This document shows, one piece after another, positions 28,372 through 37,391 of a DNA stretch of 64,000 nucleotides (its first letter is position 1; the number at the start of each line of letters is the position of its first letter). Made by a program: the position numbers and the translations under genes. The stretch comes from an uncultured Nitrososphaerota archaeon (lineage in GTDB: Archaea; Korarchaeota; Korarchaeia; Korarchaeales; Korarchaeaceae), in NCBI GenBank assembly GCA_964594835.1, contig CAZQNA010000004.1, positions 1-64,000 on the forward strand. The letters run 5' to 3'. The notes below the pieces were generated by a model. That model did not search any database and was not told where the DNA came from. It was given only the letters and a program-made list of their open reading frames with translations.

Positions 28372-29409
28372 TCACGGTAGCCGGTAAAGCCTCCCCCGCC
28401 TGACACCTAGAGAGGAGTCGGTCATGTCCATCGACCTCTCGCCCGGGAGGTCCGTCGACATCGCCCTTATGGCGTCGACGTTCTCCGGGATCACTATCGC
28501 CTCCTGGTGTATGGCCTGGAACAGGTAGAGCCAGTCGCCATCCACGCTCACCGAGTCTGCCCAGACTACGTTCTCGTACACGTCGGCCCTGGGCCTGCCG
28601 AGCTCCCTCCCGACCTCCAGCACGTCTGCCGTGGACCTGAACCCCGCCCTGGAAGAGACGAGCACAATTCTCCTCTCCTCAGATAGGACCCCGAGCACCT
28701 CCTCCCTGCTGACCTCCCTGCCGAGCCTGACCGCCACGCCGTGAACGTGGCCGTGGGTCGTCGGCGCCTTCACCGCCATAGTCACGACCTTCAGCCCGGG
28801 CATGACCGTTCGGAGGTCTGGCCCGTGGTGTGACGGGATCCTGGTCGGGTCGGGGATGAGCGCGTCTATCGGGCCCCTCTTGACCTCCTTTGGATCTGCG
28901 GCCCTCCTGATGAGGGTGACCAGCGCCCTCTCAACCCCAAACTCCCTGTCGAGCGCGTTCAGGAGCCTCGCCAGCCCCGTGGTGTTGCACGAGACCACCC
29001 TGACGAAGCGCCTGCCCCTGGCCTCCTCGTAGTTGACCTGCGCCACGAAGCTCGCCTCCGCCACGTCGGCCGGCTCTCCCCCCTGAAAGACTGCCCTCAC
29101 TCCGGCAGACTCGTACCTGGGCCTCAGCTCGCCGCCCCTCCCGCCAGGGGTGGCGTCCACGACGACGTCGACCTCGCCCAGCAGATCCTCAAGCGTCCCG
29201 TGGACGGGCAGCCCCCTCTCCTGCCAGGCCCCCAGCTCCTCTCGAGACGGGGCGTAGAACCTTATGCCCCTCAGCCCCATCGCGACCTCCGCCCTGTAGT
29301 CAGGGGTGGGCTTCACCACGCCGACGAGCTCCATGTCTGGCTGGGCCGCGACGGCGTCGGCGACCCTCGACCCTATCGTGCCGTATCCGACCACCCCCAC
29401 CCTGATCAT
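28372..29409 (-). CDS. gap: archaeal (class II) glyceraldehyde-3-phosphate dehydrogenase
   Basis: GYGTIG, VVSCNTTGL, SHHGPD, HQEAIVIPENVDAIRA. Confidence 0.97.
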   Translation of the reverse strand: MIRVGVVGYGTIGSRVADAVAAQPDMELVGVVKPTPDYRAEVAMGLRGIRFYAPSREELGAWQERGLPVHGTLEDLLGEVDVVVDATPGGRGGELRPRYESAGVRAVFQGGEPADVAEASFVAQVNYEEARGRRFVRVVSCNTTGLARLLNALDREFGVERALVTLIRRAADPKEVKRGPIDALIPDPTRIPSHHGPDLRTVMPGLKVVTMAVKAPTTHGHVHGVAVRLGREVSREEVLGVLSEERRIVLVSSRAGFRSTADVLEVGRELGRPRADVYENVVWADSVSVDGDWLYLFQAIHQEAIVIPENVDAIRAMSTDLPGERSMDMTDSSLGVRRGRLYRLP

Positions 29410-29413
29410 GGGA

Positions 29414-30667
29414 TCACCTCCTCAGAAGGACGTCGACCGCCGGCAGCGGGAGCCCCGAGAGGGCGTAGAGGATGGCGCCGCCGGCGGTGTATATCCTGCC
29501 CTCCTCCAGACCGACCATCTTCGCCGCCACGCTGAGGTGACCTCCGCAGAACACGACCTCCCTCCTCACCCTCGAGCAGGAACGAACGAAGTCCAGCGTC
29601 CCCCTCCTGAACCTCGGGTCCTCGAACATCCCGAACGGCCCGTTGGCCACGACTATGTCGGAGTCAGCCACGGCATCAGCGTATATCCCGGTCGTGCCCG
29701 GGCCCACGTCTACGATGACCCTCCCCTCCGGGACGGCGTACACGGGGGCGTGGGAGATCTCGTCGGTCTCTGGGTCCAGGACCACGAAGTCCACGGGGTA
29801 GAGGATCTTGTCCTTGAACTCCGTCAGAAGCCTCTTGGCCGCGGGCAGGAGTATCTCCCTCCTCTTGTAGGACGCGGCCGAGTCCGGGATGGGGTGTCCA
29901 GCGGCCTCGGCCATGAGCACTCCGAGCAGCCCGCCCGTCAGAACCAGGTCCACCAGCCCCCTCCTGAGGGAGGCGTCGAGCACCCTGATCTTGTCCTCGA
30001 GCTTTGCGCCCCCGAGGGCGAACACCCTCTTCCCCTGCACCCTGTGTATCTCGGCGAGCTCACCCAGCATCGCGGTGAGCAGCCTGCCCGCCGCCGAGGG
30101 GAGGAGTAGGGGAAAGGCCACGAGCGAGGGCTGTGACCTGTGTGCGGCCTGGAACGCGTCGTTGACGTAGGCGTCGAAGAGCGGGGCCAGCCTCCTGACC
30201 ATGTGGGTCCTGGTCAGCGCCTCCGGATCGTCCTCGAGGTTCTCCTCTGAGTGGAAGCGCAGGTTCTCCAGCATCAGCAGCTCTCCAGGCTTGAGATCCC
30301 TGATCCCCTCTCTCGCGGCGCTCCCGACCACGGAGTCGACCCAGTGTACCTCCTCTCCGAGCACTCCGCTGAGAATCCTGGCGTGGACCTCCGTGCTGAT
30401 GAAGTCGGGGCTCCCAGGCCGACCCTGGTGGGTCCCGACGACCACAGCCGCGCCGCCGTCCAGGAGCTCTCGGAGGGTCTCCGCGGCCTGCTCAATCTTC
30501 GCCGCGTCCATTATGACGGGCTCTGGGCCCTCTCCCTTCTCGACCGGCACGTTCATGTCGACCCTGACGAACACCCTCTTCCCCCTGATGTCCAGCTCGT
30601 CCACCTTGGGGAGGGCCTCGAGCTTCGCCCCCCAGGTCAGGTCCACCCTGGTGGCGGTAAGCTTCAA
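29414..30667 (-). CDS. pgk: phosphoglycerate kinase
   Basis: RVDMNVP, HQGRPG, ENLRF, NDAF..AHR, NGPFGMFE. Confidence 0.95.
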   Translation of the reverse strand: MKLTATRVDLTWGAKLEALPKVDELDIRGKRVFVRVDMNVPVEKGEGPEPVIMDAAKIEQAAETLRELLDGGAAVVVGTHQGRPGSPDFISTEVHARILSGVLGEEVHWVDSVVGSAAREGIRDLKPGELLMLENLRFHSEENLEDDPEALTRTHMVRRLAPLFDAYVNDAFQAAHRSQPSLVAFPLLLPSAAGRLLTAMLGELAEIHRVQGKRVFALGGAKLEDKIRVLDASLRRGLVDLVLTGGLLGVLMAEAAGHPIPDSAASYKRREILLPAAKRLLTEFKDKILYPVDFVVLDPETDEISHAPVYAVPEGRVIVDVGPGTTGIYADAVADSDIVVANGPFGMFEDPRFRRGTLDFVRSCSRVRREVVFCGGHLSVAAKMVGLEEGRIYTAGGAILYALSGLPLPAVDVLLRR

Positions 30668-31482
30668 GGCTCCACCACCGCCCCCTCCAGGGCGTCCTTG
30701 CAGGGGCACGCCCTCTCGCGCGGTATTCTCTCCACGGCCAGCCTCAGCATGGCCTTGACGTCCTCTATCCTCCTGGCGAAGACCTCCTTCACCTCGTCGT
30801 GGGTGAGCTTGGCCGGGCCGGAGACCCCGGCGGCGTAGTTGGTTATCACCGTCACGGTCGCGTAGCAGGCCGCCACCTCCCTGGCCAGGGCTGCCTCGGG
30901 GCAGCCGGTCATGCCGACCACGGTCCCTCCCAGCATCCTATAGGCCCTTATCTCAGCTGGCGTCTCGAACCTGTTCCCCTCTGCGCAGACGTAGACCCCG
31001 CCGTCCACCGGGTCCAGGCCCAGGCTGCTCCCTGCGTCCAGCAGGGCGCGCCTCAGCTCCGGACAGTAGGTGTGGGGCGTCATGGACACGTGGACCACTC
31101 CCCCCACCACCCGATCCCCCACCCTGATCCTGGTCCTCCCGTCGTAGAAGGTCGTCGGCCTGTTCTTGGTGAAGTCGATGAGGTCGTCCGGTATGAGGAT
31201 CGTCCCGGGTCCGTAGTCCGGATCCAGCGATCCCACCGCGTTCGTGGCGATTATCCTGACGACCCCCAGCGTCCTGAGGGCCAGGATGTTGGCCCTGTAG
31301 TTGACCATGAACGGGGGGACCTCGTGCCTCTCCCCGTGCCTCGGGATGAACGCGACCTCCCTCCCCCCCATGCTGCCGACGGCTACCCTAACCTGGCCGA
31401 ACGGGGTGTCGACTATCAGCCTTCTGGGCTCCTCGAGGAGTTCGTAAAACCCGCTGCCTCCTATGATGCCCACTTCAGGCAT
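30664..31482 (-). CDS. MTAP-family purine nucleoside phosphorylase (probably 6-oxopurine / methylthioinosine type)
   Basis: GIIGGSG, PRHG, FETPAE, GMT; TNYA rather than TDYD. Confidence 0.88.
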   Translation of the reverse strand: MPEVGIIGGSGFYELLEEPRRLIVDTPFGQVRVAVGSMGGREVAFIPRHGERHEVPPFMVNYRANILALRTLGVVRIIATNAVGSLDPDYGPGTILIPDDLIDFTKNRPTTFYDGRTRIRVGDRVVGGVVHVSMTPHTYCPELRRALLDAGSSLGLDPVDGGVYVCAEGNRFETPAEIRAYRMLGGTVVGMTGCPEAALAREVAACYATVTVITNYAAGVSGPAKLTHDEVKEVFARRIEDVKAMLRLAVERIPRERACPCKDALEGAVVEP

Positions 31483-31609
31483 TTTGGACGCTCACCCCAC
31501 CTCCTATCGGCCTGGCAATATTTTAAATAGCGAAACCGCCCGCGGTTCGACGGATCAGAGGACCCCAGCGAAGGGTCCCGATTCAATTGGTACCTGGGAG
31601 GTGACTGGA

Positions 31610-33259
31610 TTGGCTCTTGCGACCATAGGCGGGAGACCCGTCCTGATACTGAAGGAGGGGACTACCCGGACCAGGGGAGAGGAGGCGAGGAGGATCAACA
31701 TAATGGCGGCCAGGGCGATCGCAGATGCCATCAAGACCACCCTCGGCCCCAAGGGAATGGACAAGATGATAGTCGACTCGCTGGGCGACATCACCATCAG
31801 CAACGACGGGGCAACGATCCTGGAGGAGATGGAGGTCGCCCACCCGGCCGCCAAGATCATGGTGAACCTCGCCAAGGCCCAGGACAAGGAGGTCGGCGAC
31901 GGAACCACCACCGCAGTGGTCCTCGCCGGGGAGCTCCTGACCGAGGCGGAGAACCTTCTCAACAAGGACATCCACCCGACCATCATCATAGACGGCTACG
32001 AGAGGGCCCTGAGGTTCGTCGAGGGTGAGCTGGAGAAGGCCGCCATCGGGGTGGACCCCGACGACCTCGAGCTCCTCAGGAAGGTGGCCGAGACCTCGAT
32101 GAGCAGTAAGCTGGTGAGGGGGGCCAGGAAGAGGCTGGCTGAGGTAGTCGTTGAGGCCGTCAAGGCCGTCGAGGAGGTTCAGGGTGGAAAGAGGGTCGTC
32201 GACGTCGACAACGTCAAGATCATGAAGAAGAAGGGCGAGAGCCTCGACGAGACGCAGTTCATCAGGGGCATCGTGCTGGACAAGGAGGTCGTCCACAGGG
32301 ACATGCCCAAGCTGATCAGGGACGCGAAGATCGCCCTTCTGAACCTGTCCCTCGAGGTCAAGAAGCCGGAGATAGACGTGGAGATTCAGATATCCAGCCC
32401 AGAGGAGCTCAGATCGTTCATAGATCAGGAGACCCAGATACTCAGGGAGAAGGTGGAGAAGATCGCGGCCACCGGTGCCAACGTGGTGTTCTGCCAGAAG
32501 GGCATCGACGAGGTTGCCCAGCACTTCCTCGCCCAGAGGGGCATCATGGCCGTCCGCAGGGTCAGCGAGAAGGACATGAAGAGGCTCGAGAGGGCCACCG
32601 GAGGCAAGATAGTCAACAACCTCGAGGACCTCACCGGGGCCGAGCTCGGGTACGCCGGCCTGGTTGAGGAGAGGAAGATCGGCGAGGACCGGATGGTGTT
32701 CGTGGAGGACTGCAAGAATCCGAAGGCCGTGACCATCCTGGTGAGGGCGGGCGCGGACACGATACTGGATGAGGCGGAGAGGGGCCTCAAGGACGCCCTG
32801 TACGTGGTCAGGAACGTCGTGGAGGACGGCAAGGTCTGCCACGGCGGCGGAGCAATCCAGATCGAGCTAGCCAGGCGGCTCAGGGACTACGCTGAGACCG
32901 TCGGGGGGAAGGAGCAGCTGGCCATGGAGGCCTACGCCGCCGCCCTCGAGTCGATCCCGAGAATCCTGGCCGAGAACGCCGGCATGGACTCAATAGATGT
33001 CCTGGTCAGGCTTAGGCAGGCCCACGCCGAGGGCAGGGTCTCCTACGGCGTCGATCCCGTCAGGGGAGAGATCGCCGACATGACCGAGCTGGGGGTGTTC
33101 GACACCTACAGGGGCGTGAAGAACTCCATCTCCTCGGCCACCGAGACGGCGATCCTGATAATCAAGACCGACGACATAATAGCCGCCAAGCCGTACGAGA
33201 AGGAGGAGAAGAAGGAAGAGAAGGAGGAGGAGAAGGAGGAGAGCAAGTTCGAGTTCTGA
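31610..33259 (+). CDS. ths: thermosome (group II chaperonin) subunit
   Basis: [23 protein letters not shown]; TTG 31610 preceded by GGAGGTGA. Confidence 0.97.
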   Translation: MALATIGGRPVLILKEGTTRTRGEEARRINIMAARAIADAIKTTLGPKGMDKMIVDSLGDITISNDGATILEEMEVAHPAAKIMVNLAKAQDKEVGDGTTTAVVLAGELLTEAENLLNKDIHPTIIIDGYERALRFVEGELEKAAIGVDPDDLELLRKVAETSMSSKLVRGARKRLAEVVVEAVKAVEEVQGGKRVVDVDNVKIMKKKGESLDETQFIRGIVLDKEVVHRDMPKLIRDAKIALLNLSLEVKKPEIDVEIQISSPEELRSFIDQETQILREKVEKIAATGANVVFCQKGIDEVAQHFLAQRGIMAVRRVSEKDMKRLERATGGKIVNNLEDLTGAELGYAGLVEERKIGEDRMVFVEDCKNPKAVTILVRAGADTILDEAERGLKDALYVVRNVVEDGKVCHGGGAIQIELARRLRDYAETVGGKEQLAMEAYAAALESIPRILAENAGMDSIDVLVRLRQAHAEGRVSYGVDPVRGEIADMTELGVFDTYRGVKNSISSATETAILIIKTDDIIAAKPYEKEEKKEEKEEEKEESKFEF

Positions 33260-33320
33260 GCTCTCCCCTCCACGCCCTCCCTTCTTTACTCATTTTTGGG
33301 CCCGCTGCGACGTTCGGATC

Positions 33321-34679
33321 TCACTCGCCACTCTTCGGACCCGACCGAAGCCTGCTTGAGACGATCAGAGCGATGGCCGGGGCGAAGAAAGAGTAGAGGT
33401 ATGGGTGAACCGGCCCGGACTCGATCCACACCAGACTCGAGCTGAGCAGGATCGGGTAGAGGATCTTGGCCGCAGAGTCCCCTCGCCGGGCGAGCTCGAG
33501 GGTTCCCCCCGCCGCCGCCCCCAGGATCAGGGGGACGAGCAGGACGCCGGCCGCCCCGAAGTCGATCCATATGGGACCGACGAGGGACGTGGTGTAGGCG
33601 ACCGGCAGGCCAACGACCGCCTCCCCGGTCAGGGCACCCACGAGGGGCCGAGGGATCCCAAGCATCGTGAGCAGGGGGTTGATGAAGAGGAGGACACCGT
33701 AGGTCATCCCCCACGGGGAGTAGGTCCTTAGTATCATTGTGAGGGAGTATAGCGTGAAGCCCGCCCTGCTCACGAGCACGTAGTAGGGGTCGCCGGCCAG
33801 GCCAGCCCTGGACATCAGGATGACCTTCTGGAACGTGAACAGCAGCAGCCCTGGAGCGCCGAGGTAGACTAGCACGTGCCTCACCTTGACGAGGCCGCCC
33901 AGCCACATGGCGGTGATCAACGTCCCGAGGGCCACGACCACATCCAGTCTGAACCCGGACGGGAAGGTCAGAGCCAGAGATATGCCCAGGAGGCCTGCGC
34001 AGATTGCCAGAACATCCTCCCTGCGCAGCCGCCCGAGCCTGACCTCCGAGGAGAGCCAGGCCACCAGGGATGACAGCCCGAGGAGGTACATGTCGTAGCT
34101 GAGCATCCAGAAGGCGTCGTGCCTCCGAAGTTCCGGGTAGAGCAGGGGGATGGCCCCCAGCCTCAGGTAGTTCACGGCGAGGCCCACACCGCCGGCCGCT
34201 AGCAGGGGGAGGGAGAAGTGCAGGAGGCCCTCCCGCCCCAGCACCAGGACCGCGGATTTGGTCCCCCTGGACATGAGGCTGGCCCCTAGCGAGTAGGCGG
34301 CCACGGCGGCGGACCAAAGTCCGATGGCGGCCAGCCACAGCCCGGCATCGACCACGGGGAGGGGGCTGACGACCGCCAGGGCCAGGTAGGCGGCGTAGGC
34401 CAGGGGGATGGCGAGCACGGGGGAGGCCGCGCCGTCCCTCTCGGCGGCCGCCACCAGGGGCCGCAGGGTCAGGCTGGAGGATGCGGCCGCCACCAGGCCG
34501 TCGGCCGCCCTGTTCACCGGAGAGAGAGCCCTCTCGAGGGGCCCGGGGACCCTGACGATCTTACGCGACTCGCCGACTCCACCCAGGGGGACCGCCGACC
34601 TCAGGGCCTCCGCCAGGATCCTCCCGATCGCCATCTCAAGCCTCACGATCAGCTTGACTGCCTTCCAGGTCACGCTCAA
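33321..34679 (-). CDS. polytopic membrane protein, DUF70 / Wzy-like oligosaccharide repeat polymerase family
   Basis: About 10 TMs; GFR, SRAGFT, TTSLVGPIWIDFG and IESG motifs. Confidence 0.65.
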   Translation of the reverse strand: MSVTWKAVKLIVRLEMAIGRILAEALRSAVPLGGVGESRKIVRVPGPLERALSPVNRAADGLVAAASSSLTLRPLVAAAERDGAASPVLAIPLAYAAYLALAVVSPLPVVDAGLWLAAIGLWSAAVAAYSLGASLMSRGTKSAVLVLGREGLLHFSLPLLAAGGVGLAVNYLRLGAIPLLYPELRRHDAFWMLSYDMYLLGLSSLVAWLSSEVRLGRLRREDVLAICAGLLGISLALTFPSGFRLDVVVALGTLITAMWLGGLVKVRHVLVYLGAPGLLLFTFQKVILMSRAGLAGDPYYVLVSRAGFTLYSLTMILRTYSPWGMTYGVLLFINPLLTMLGIPRPLVGALTGEAVVGLPVAYTTSLVGPIWIDFGAAGVLLVPLILGAAAGGTLELARRGDSAAKILYPILLSSSLVWIESGPVHPYLYSFFAPAIALIVSSRLRSGPKSGE

Positions 34680-34685
34680 CGGCCC

Positions 34686-35546
34686 TCACCCCTTGAACTC
34701 CACCGCGAACTTGGCGAATCGGACCCCCTCGAGGGTGGACACGGCGTCGTATATGGCCGCCTTCTCACCGGCGGTCGGGGGTCTGTCGAACACTATCTTG
34801 ACCCTTATGTCGTAGGCGAACATGTCCCACGCCTCCTCCGGCACCCACCTCCTCAGTATGGCGTCCAGCTTGGCGAGGTCCCTCCAGTTCATGTTCTCGA
34901 CCACGAGGTAGAAGGGGGCGACGGTCGAGCCCACGAACATGAAGAGGCCCGTGCACTCCTCGTTGATGTCCTCCTGGAGCCAGTAGATCGGAACCCTGTT
35001 TCCCCTGATCACCTCGGCCAGGCCTCCTCCCTGGAGCTTGAACGACACGAAGGCCTGGTAGCCCACGCCCCCGGACCCCACCGCCTCGACCACCTCGCCC
35101 ACCCTGTCGGCCAGATCCCTCAGCCCCTCCGTCCACAGTGGGTCGAGGCTCACTAGGAGCCTGTCAACGTCTCTGTCGACCCTCAGGGAGAGTCTGAGGG
35201 GGTCTACCTCCTGCGGCAGCGGATCCCTCACCTTCTGATCTGAGGAGTACACGAGGAGCACGTCCCCGCCTGCGCTGAAGTACAGGGTGGCCCTGGCCGA
35301 GTCGAGGACGAACCCGCTGGAGTTGATGACCGTCCCGTTCATGTGGACGCCGAGCAGGGACCCCCTCAGCGAGTACCCCCTCTTCCGATAGAAGTTGGCG
35401 ATGTAGGCGGCCGACTGACCGCTTCTCACGTCCCCACTGTAGTAGGAGTGGGAGTTCACCTTCATGTAAGCGACCCCGACGGCCGCGGTCAGGACGAGGA
35501 CGTCCAGGGCGATCCCGAGCGCCTTTAGAGTCCTCCCCGCCTCCAT
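34686..35546 (-). CDS. N-terminally anchored extracellular hypothetical protein
   Basis: Single TM (LDVLVLTAAVGVAY), NxT/S sequons; similar N-terminus to the upstream gene. Confidence 0.75.
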   Translation of the reverse strand: MEAGRTLKALGIALDVLVLTAAVGVAYMKVNSHSYYSGDVRSGQSAAYIANFYRKRGYSLRGSLLGVHMNGTVINSSGFVLDSARATLYFSAGGDVLLVYSSDQKVRDPLPQEVDPLRLSLRVDRDVDRLLVSLDPLWTEGLRDLADRVGEVVEAVGSGGVGYQAFVSFKLQGGGLAEVIRGNRVPIYWLQEDINEECTGLFMFVGSTVAPFYLVVENMNWRDLAKLDAILRRWVPEEAWDMFAYDIRVKIVFDRPPTAGEKAAIYDAVSTLEGVRFAKFAVEFKG

Positions 35547-35551
35547 CTCTC

Positions 35552-36379
35552 TCACCCCTCTAGCCTCGGCTCCACGTGGGTGGCCCCTAACTCTCTGAGG
35601 GCGTCGCCCACCTCTCCAGCGTCCGTCGACCTGGGGTCGATGAGGACCGTCACCCGGACTGGGCCCCACAGGACGTCCCTGACTGGAACCCCCTCCCTGC
35701 CCAGCACGCCTCGGATCTCGCCGAGCAGCGAGGCGGAGTCCTCGCCGGGCACGAACCTCATCCTCAGGATGATCTCATTCCCGGCCGTCTCGACCTCGAC
35801 GATTCCCCCCTCCCTCGCGGCCAGGTCCTGTATCATGCTGGCCGGTATGGTGACGTTGGACTCCTCCATCCAAACGGAGGCCGCGGCGGAGACCAGGCAG
35901 GCCTCGACGCCCCTAATCCCCGAGACAGCCGAGCAGAGGTCTCGGGCGTGGCCGCAGCCCCGCCCGCCGCCGGGGAACAGGGCGTCCACCCTCCTAACCC
36001 CCTCGGAGCTGGAAATCTTCAGGAGGACCCTGCTCGGGACGCCATCTACGTAGAGGGCGTCAAACTCGTCAGACAGGACGAGGACGCCCTTCTGGGCATC
36101 GTAGAGGACGAGCCTCTTGCTGTCCGCGTAGACCACCCTCCCAGCCGCCCTGAAGGATCCGCCGGCGAACCAGGCTCCCTCCACCTCCACGTCGACCGCG
36201 TACCCGCGGAGGGCGGAGCTGTGGTAAGTTGCGGCTATCCCCACCATGTTGGCTCCCCTTATGTCGAAGTACCTCTCTCTCGGGACCGCCGCCGCGTAAG
36301 CGATCCCCAGCACGACCAGCAGAACCGCGAGGTCAAGGACCAGACCCAGCGCACGCCTCCTCGGCTCGCCCTCACCCAA
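35552..36379 (-). CDS. N-terminally anchored extracellular hypothetical protein
   Basis: Single TM (LDLAVLLVVLGIAY); shares RGY-x(6-7)-G with the downstream gene. Confidence 0.75.
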   Translation of the reverse strand: MGEGEPRRRALGLVLDLAVLLVVLGIAYAAAVPRERYFDIRGANMVGIAATYHSSALRGYAVDVEVEGAWFAGGSFRAAGRVVYADSKRLVLYDAQKGVLVLSDEFDALYVDGVPSRVLLKISSSEGVRRVDALFPGGGRGCGHARDLCSAVSGIRGVEACLVSAAASVWMEESNVTIPASMIQDLAAREGGIVEVETAGNEIILRMRFVPGEDSASLLGEIRGVLGREGVPVRDVLWGPVRVTVLIDPRSTDAGEVGDALRELGATHVEPRLEG

Positions 36380-36467
36380 CGCGTCGACCCTCCTTTCTGC
36401 CAGGGCCCCCGCCAGCGGTATGCTTATTTAACCGAGGGTTGGCCGGGGTCGGGGAGGTCGTGAATAG

Positions 36468-36875
36468 GTGCCCCACTACTACCACGGGCCAGTGGCCGTT
36501 CGCGGGCGGACTCCGACCGGAGGGAAGATCAGAAAGACTCGCAAGAAGAGGAAGAGGGAGCTCGGTAGGTTTCCGGCCCTAACCAAGGTGGGAGAGAGGC
36601 GGCTCAGGTTCATCCGGGCCATGGGCGGGAACTACAAGCTCAGGCTCCTGAGCGACAGCTACGCCAACGTGGTGGTCCCGGGCCAGGGGACCAAGAGGGT
36701 GAGGATCCTGGAGGTGGTCGACAACCCGGCGAGCAAGGTGTTCAGGCGGTACAAGATCATCACCCGCGGGGCCGTGATCAGGACGGAGCTGGGACTGGCC
36801 AGGGTAACGTCCAGCCCCGGCCAGCACGGGGTTATCAACGCCGTCCTGCTGGGAGAGGAGGCCTCTGCCTCCTGA
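36468..36875 (+). CDS. rps8e: 30S ribosomal protein S8e
   Basis: [30 protein letters not shown]. Confidence 0.97.
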   Translation: MPHYYHGPVAVRGRTPTGGKIRKTRKKRKRELGRFPALTKVGERRLRFIRAMGGNYKLRLLSDSYANVVVPGQGTKRVRILEVVDNPASKVFRRYKIITRGAVIRTELGLARVTSSPGQHGVINAVLLGEEASAS

Positions 36876-36915
36876 GAGGAGATCAGGCCCACCGCCCTCC
36901 CTCGATAGATCCCGC

Positions 36916-37194
36916 CTGAGGCCTATCGGGGCGGTAGAGGGGGTCACGTCGTCCCGAAACTTCCTCGTTAGGTACTGCGGCCCAGTCGAGTACGATCCAA
37001 AGGACCTCAGGGTCGTGGACGAGGAGCTTCGTCAGGTGGGTGTCGTGAGGGATGTCATTGGGCCAGTCAGCTCCCCGTTCTTCCTGATCAAGATCACGAT
37101 CCCGCTGGATGAGGCCAGAGACTACGTGGGGAGACGGCTCTACCTCCTGGAGCCGCCCAATCTTCGGGCAAGGAAATTAAGGAAAGCCGTTTAA
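36916..37194 (+). CDS. gar1: H/ACA RNP protein Gar1 (not in ORF track; no canonical start codon)
   Basis: Frame reads LRPIGAVEGVTSSRNFLVR...VVDEELRQVGVVRDVIGPVSSPFFLIK...YVGRRLY; follows rps8e. Confidence 0.85.
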   Translation: MRPIGAVEGVTSSRNFLVRYCGPVEYDPKDLRVVDEELRQVGVVRDVIGPVSSPFFLIKITIPLDEARDYVGRRLYLLEPPNLRARKLRKAV

Positions 37195-37211
37195 CGCATC
37201 CGAGAGCATCG

Positions 37212-37391
37212 ATGCCCCGGCGGTCCAGGCGCGGAGGTGGCGCTACTTGGCCAGAGCAGGTCAACCTGGTCGACCTGGTCGAGAGGCTGCTCTCGCTCCC
37301 GTGCACCACCTGCCAGAACCTCGGGAGGTGCTACGACTCGGCCGCGCTGGAGTGCGGAAAGCTCACCTCGCACCTCCTGCGAGATCCCTAA
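37212..37391 (+). CDS. 59-aa protein resembling the C-terminal Fe-S domain of TFEbeta/RPC34 (not in ORF track)
   Basis: MPRRSRRGGGATWPEQVNLVDLVERLLSLPCTTCQNLGRCYDSAALECGKLTSHLLRDP; PCxxC-x5-C-x7-C-xKL; between gar1 and trm1. Confidence 0.7.
   Translation: MPRRSRRGGGATWPEQVNLVDLVERLLSLPCTTCQNLGRCYDSAALECGKLTSHLLRDP

Noticed and set aside
33197-33250. Purine-rich GAG/AAG repeat
   Set aside because: It simply encodes the Glu/Lys tail of the thermosome
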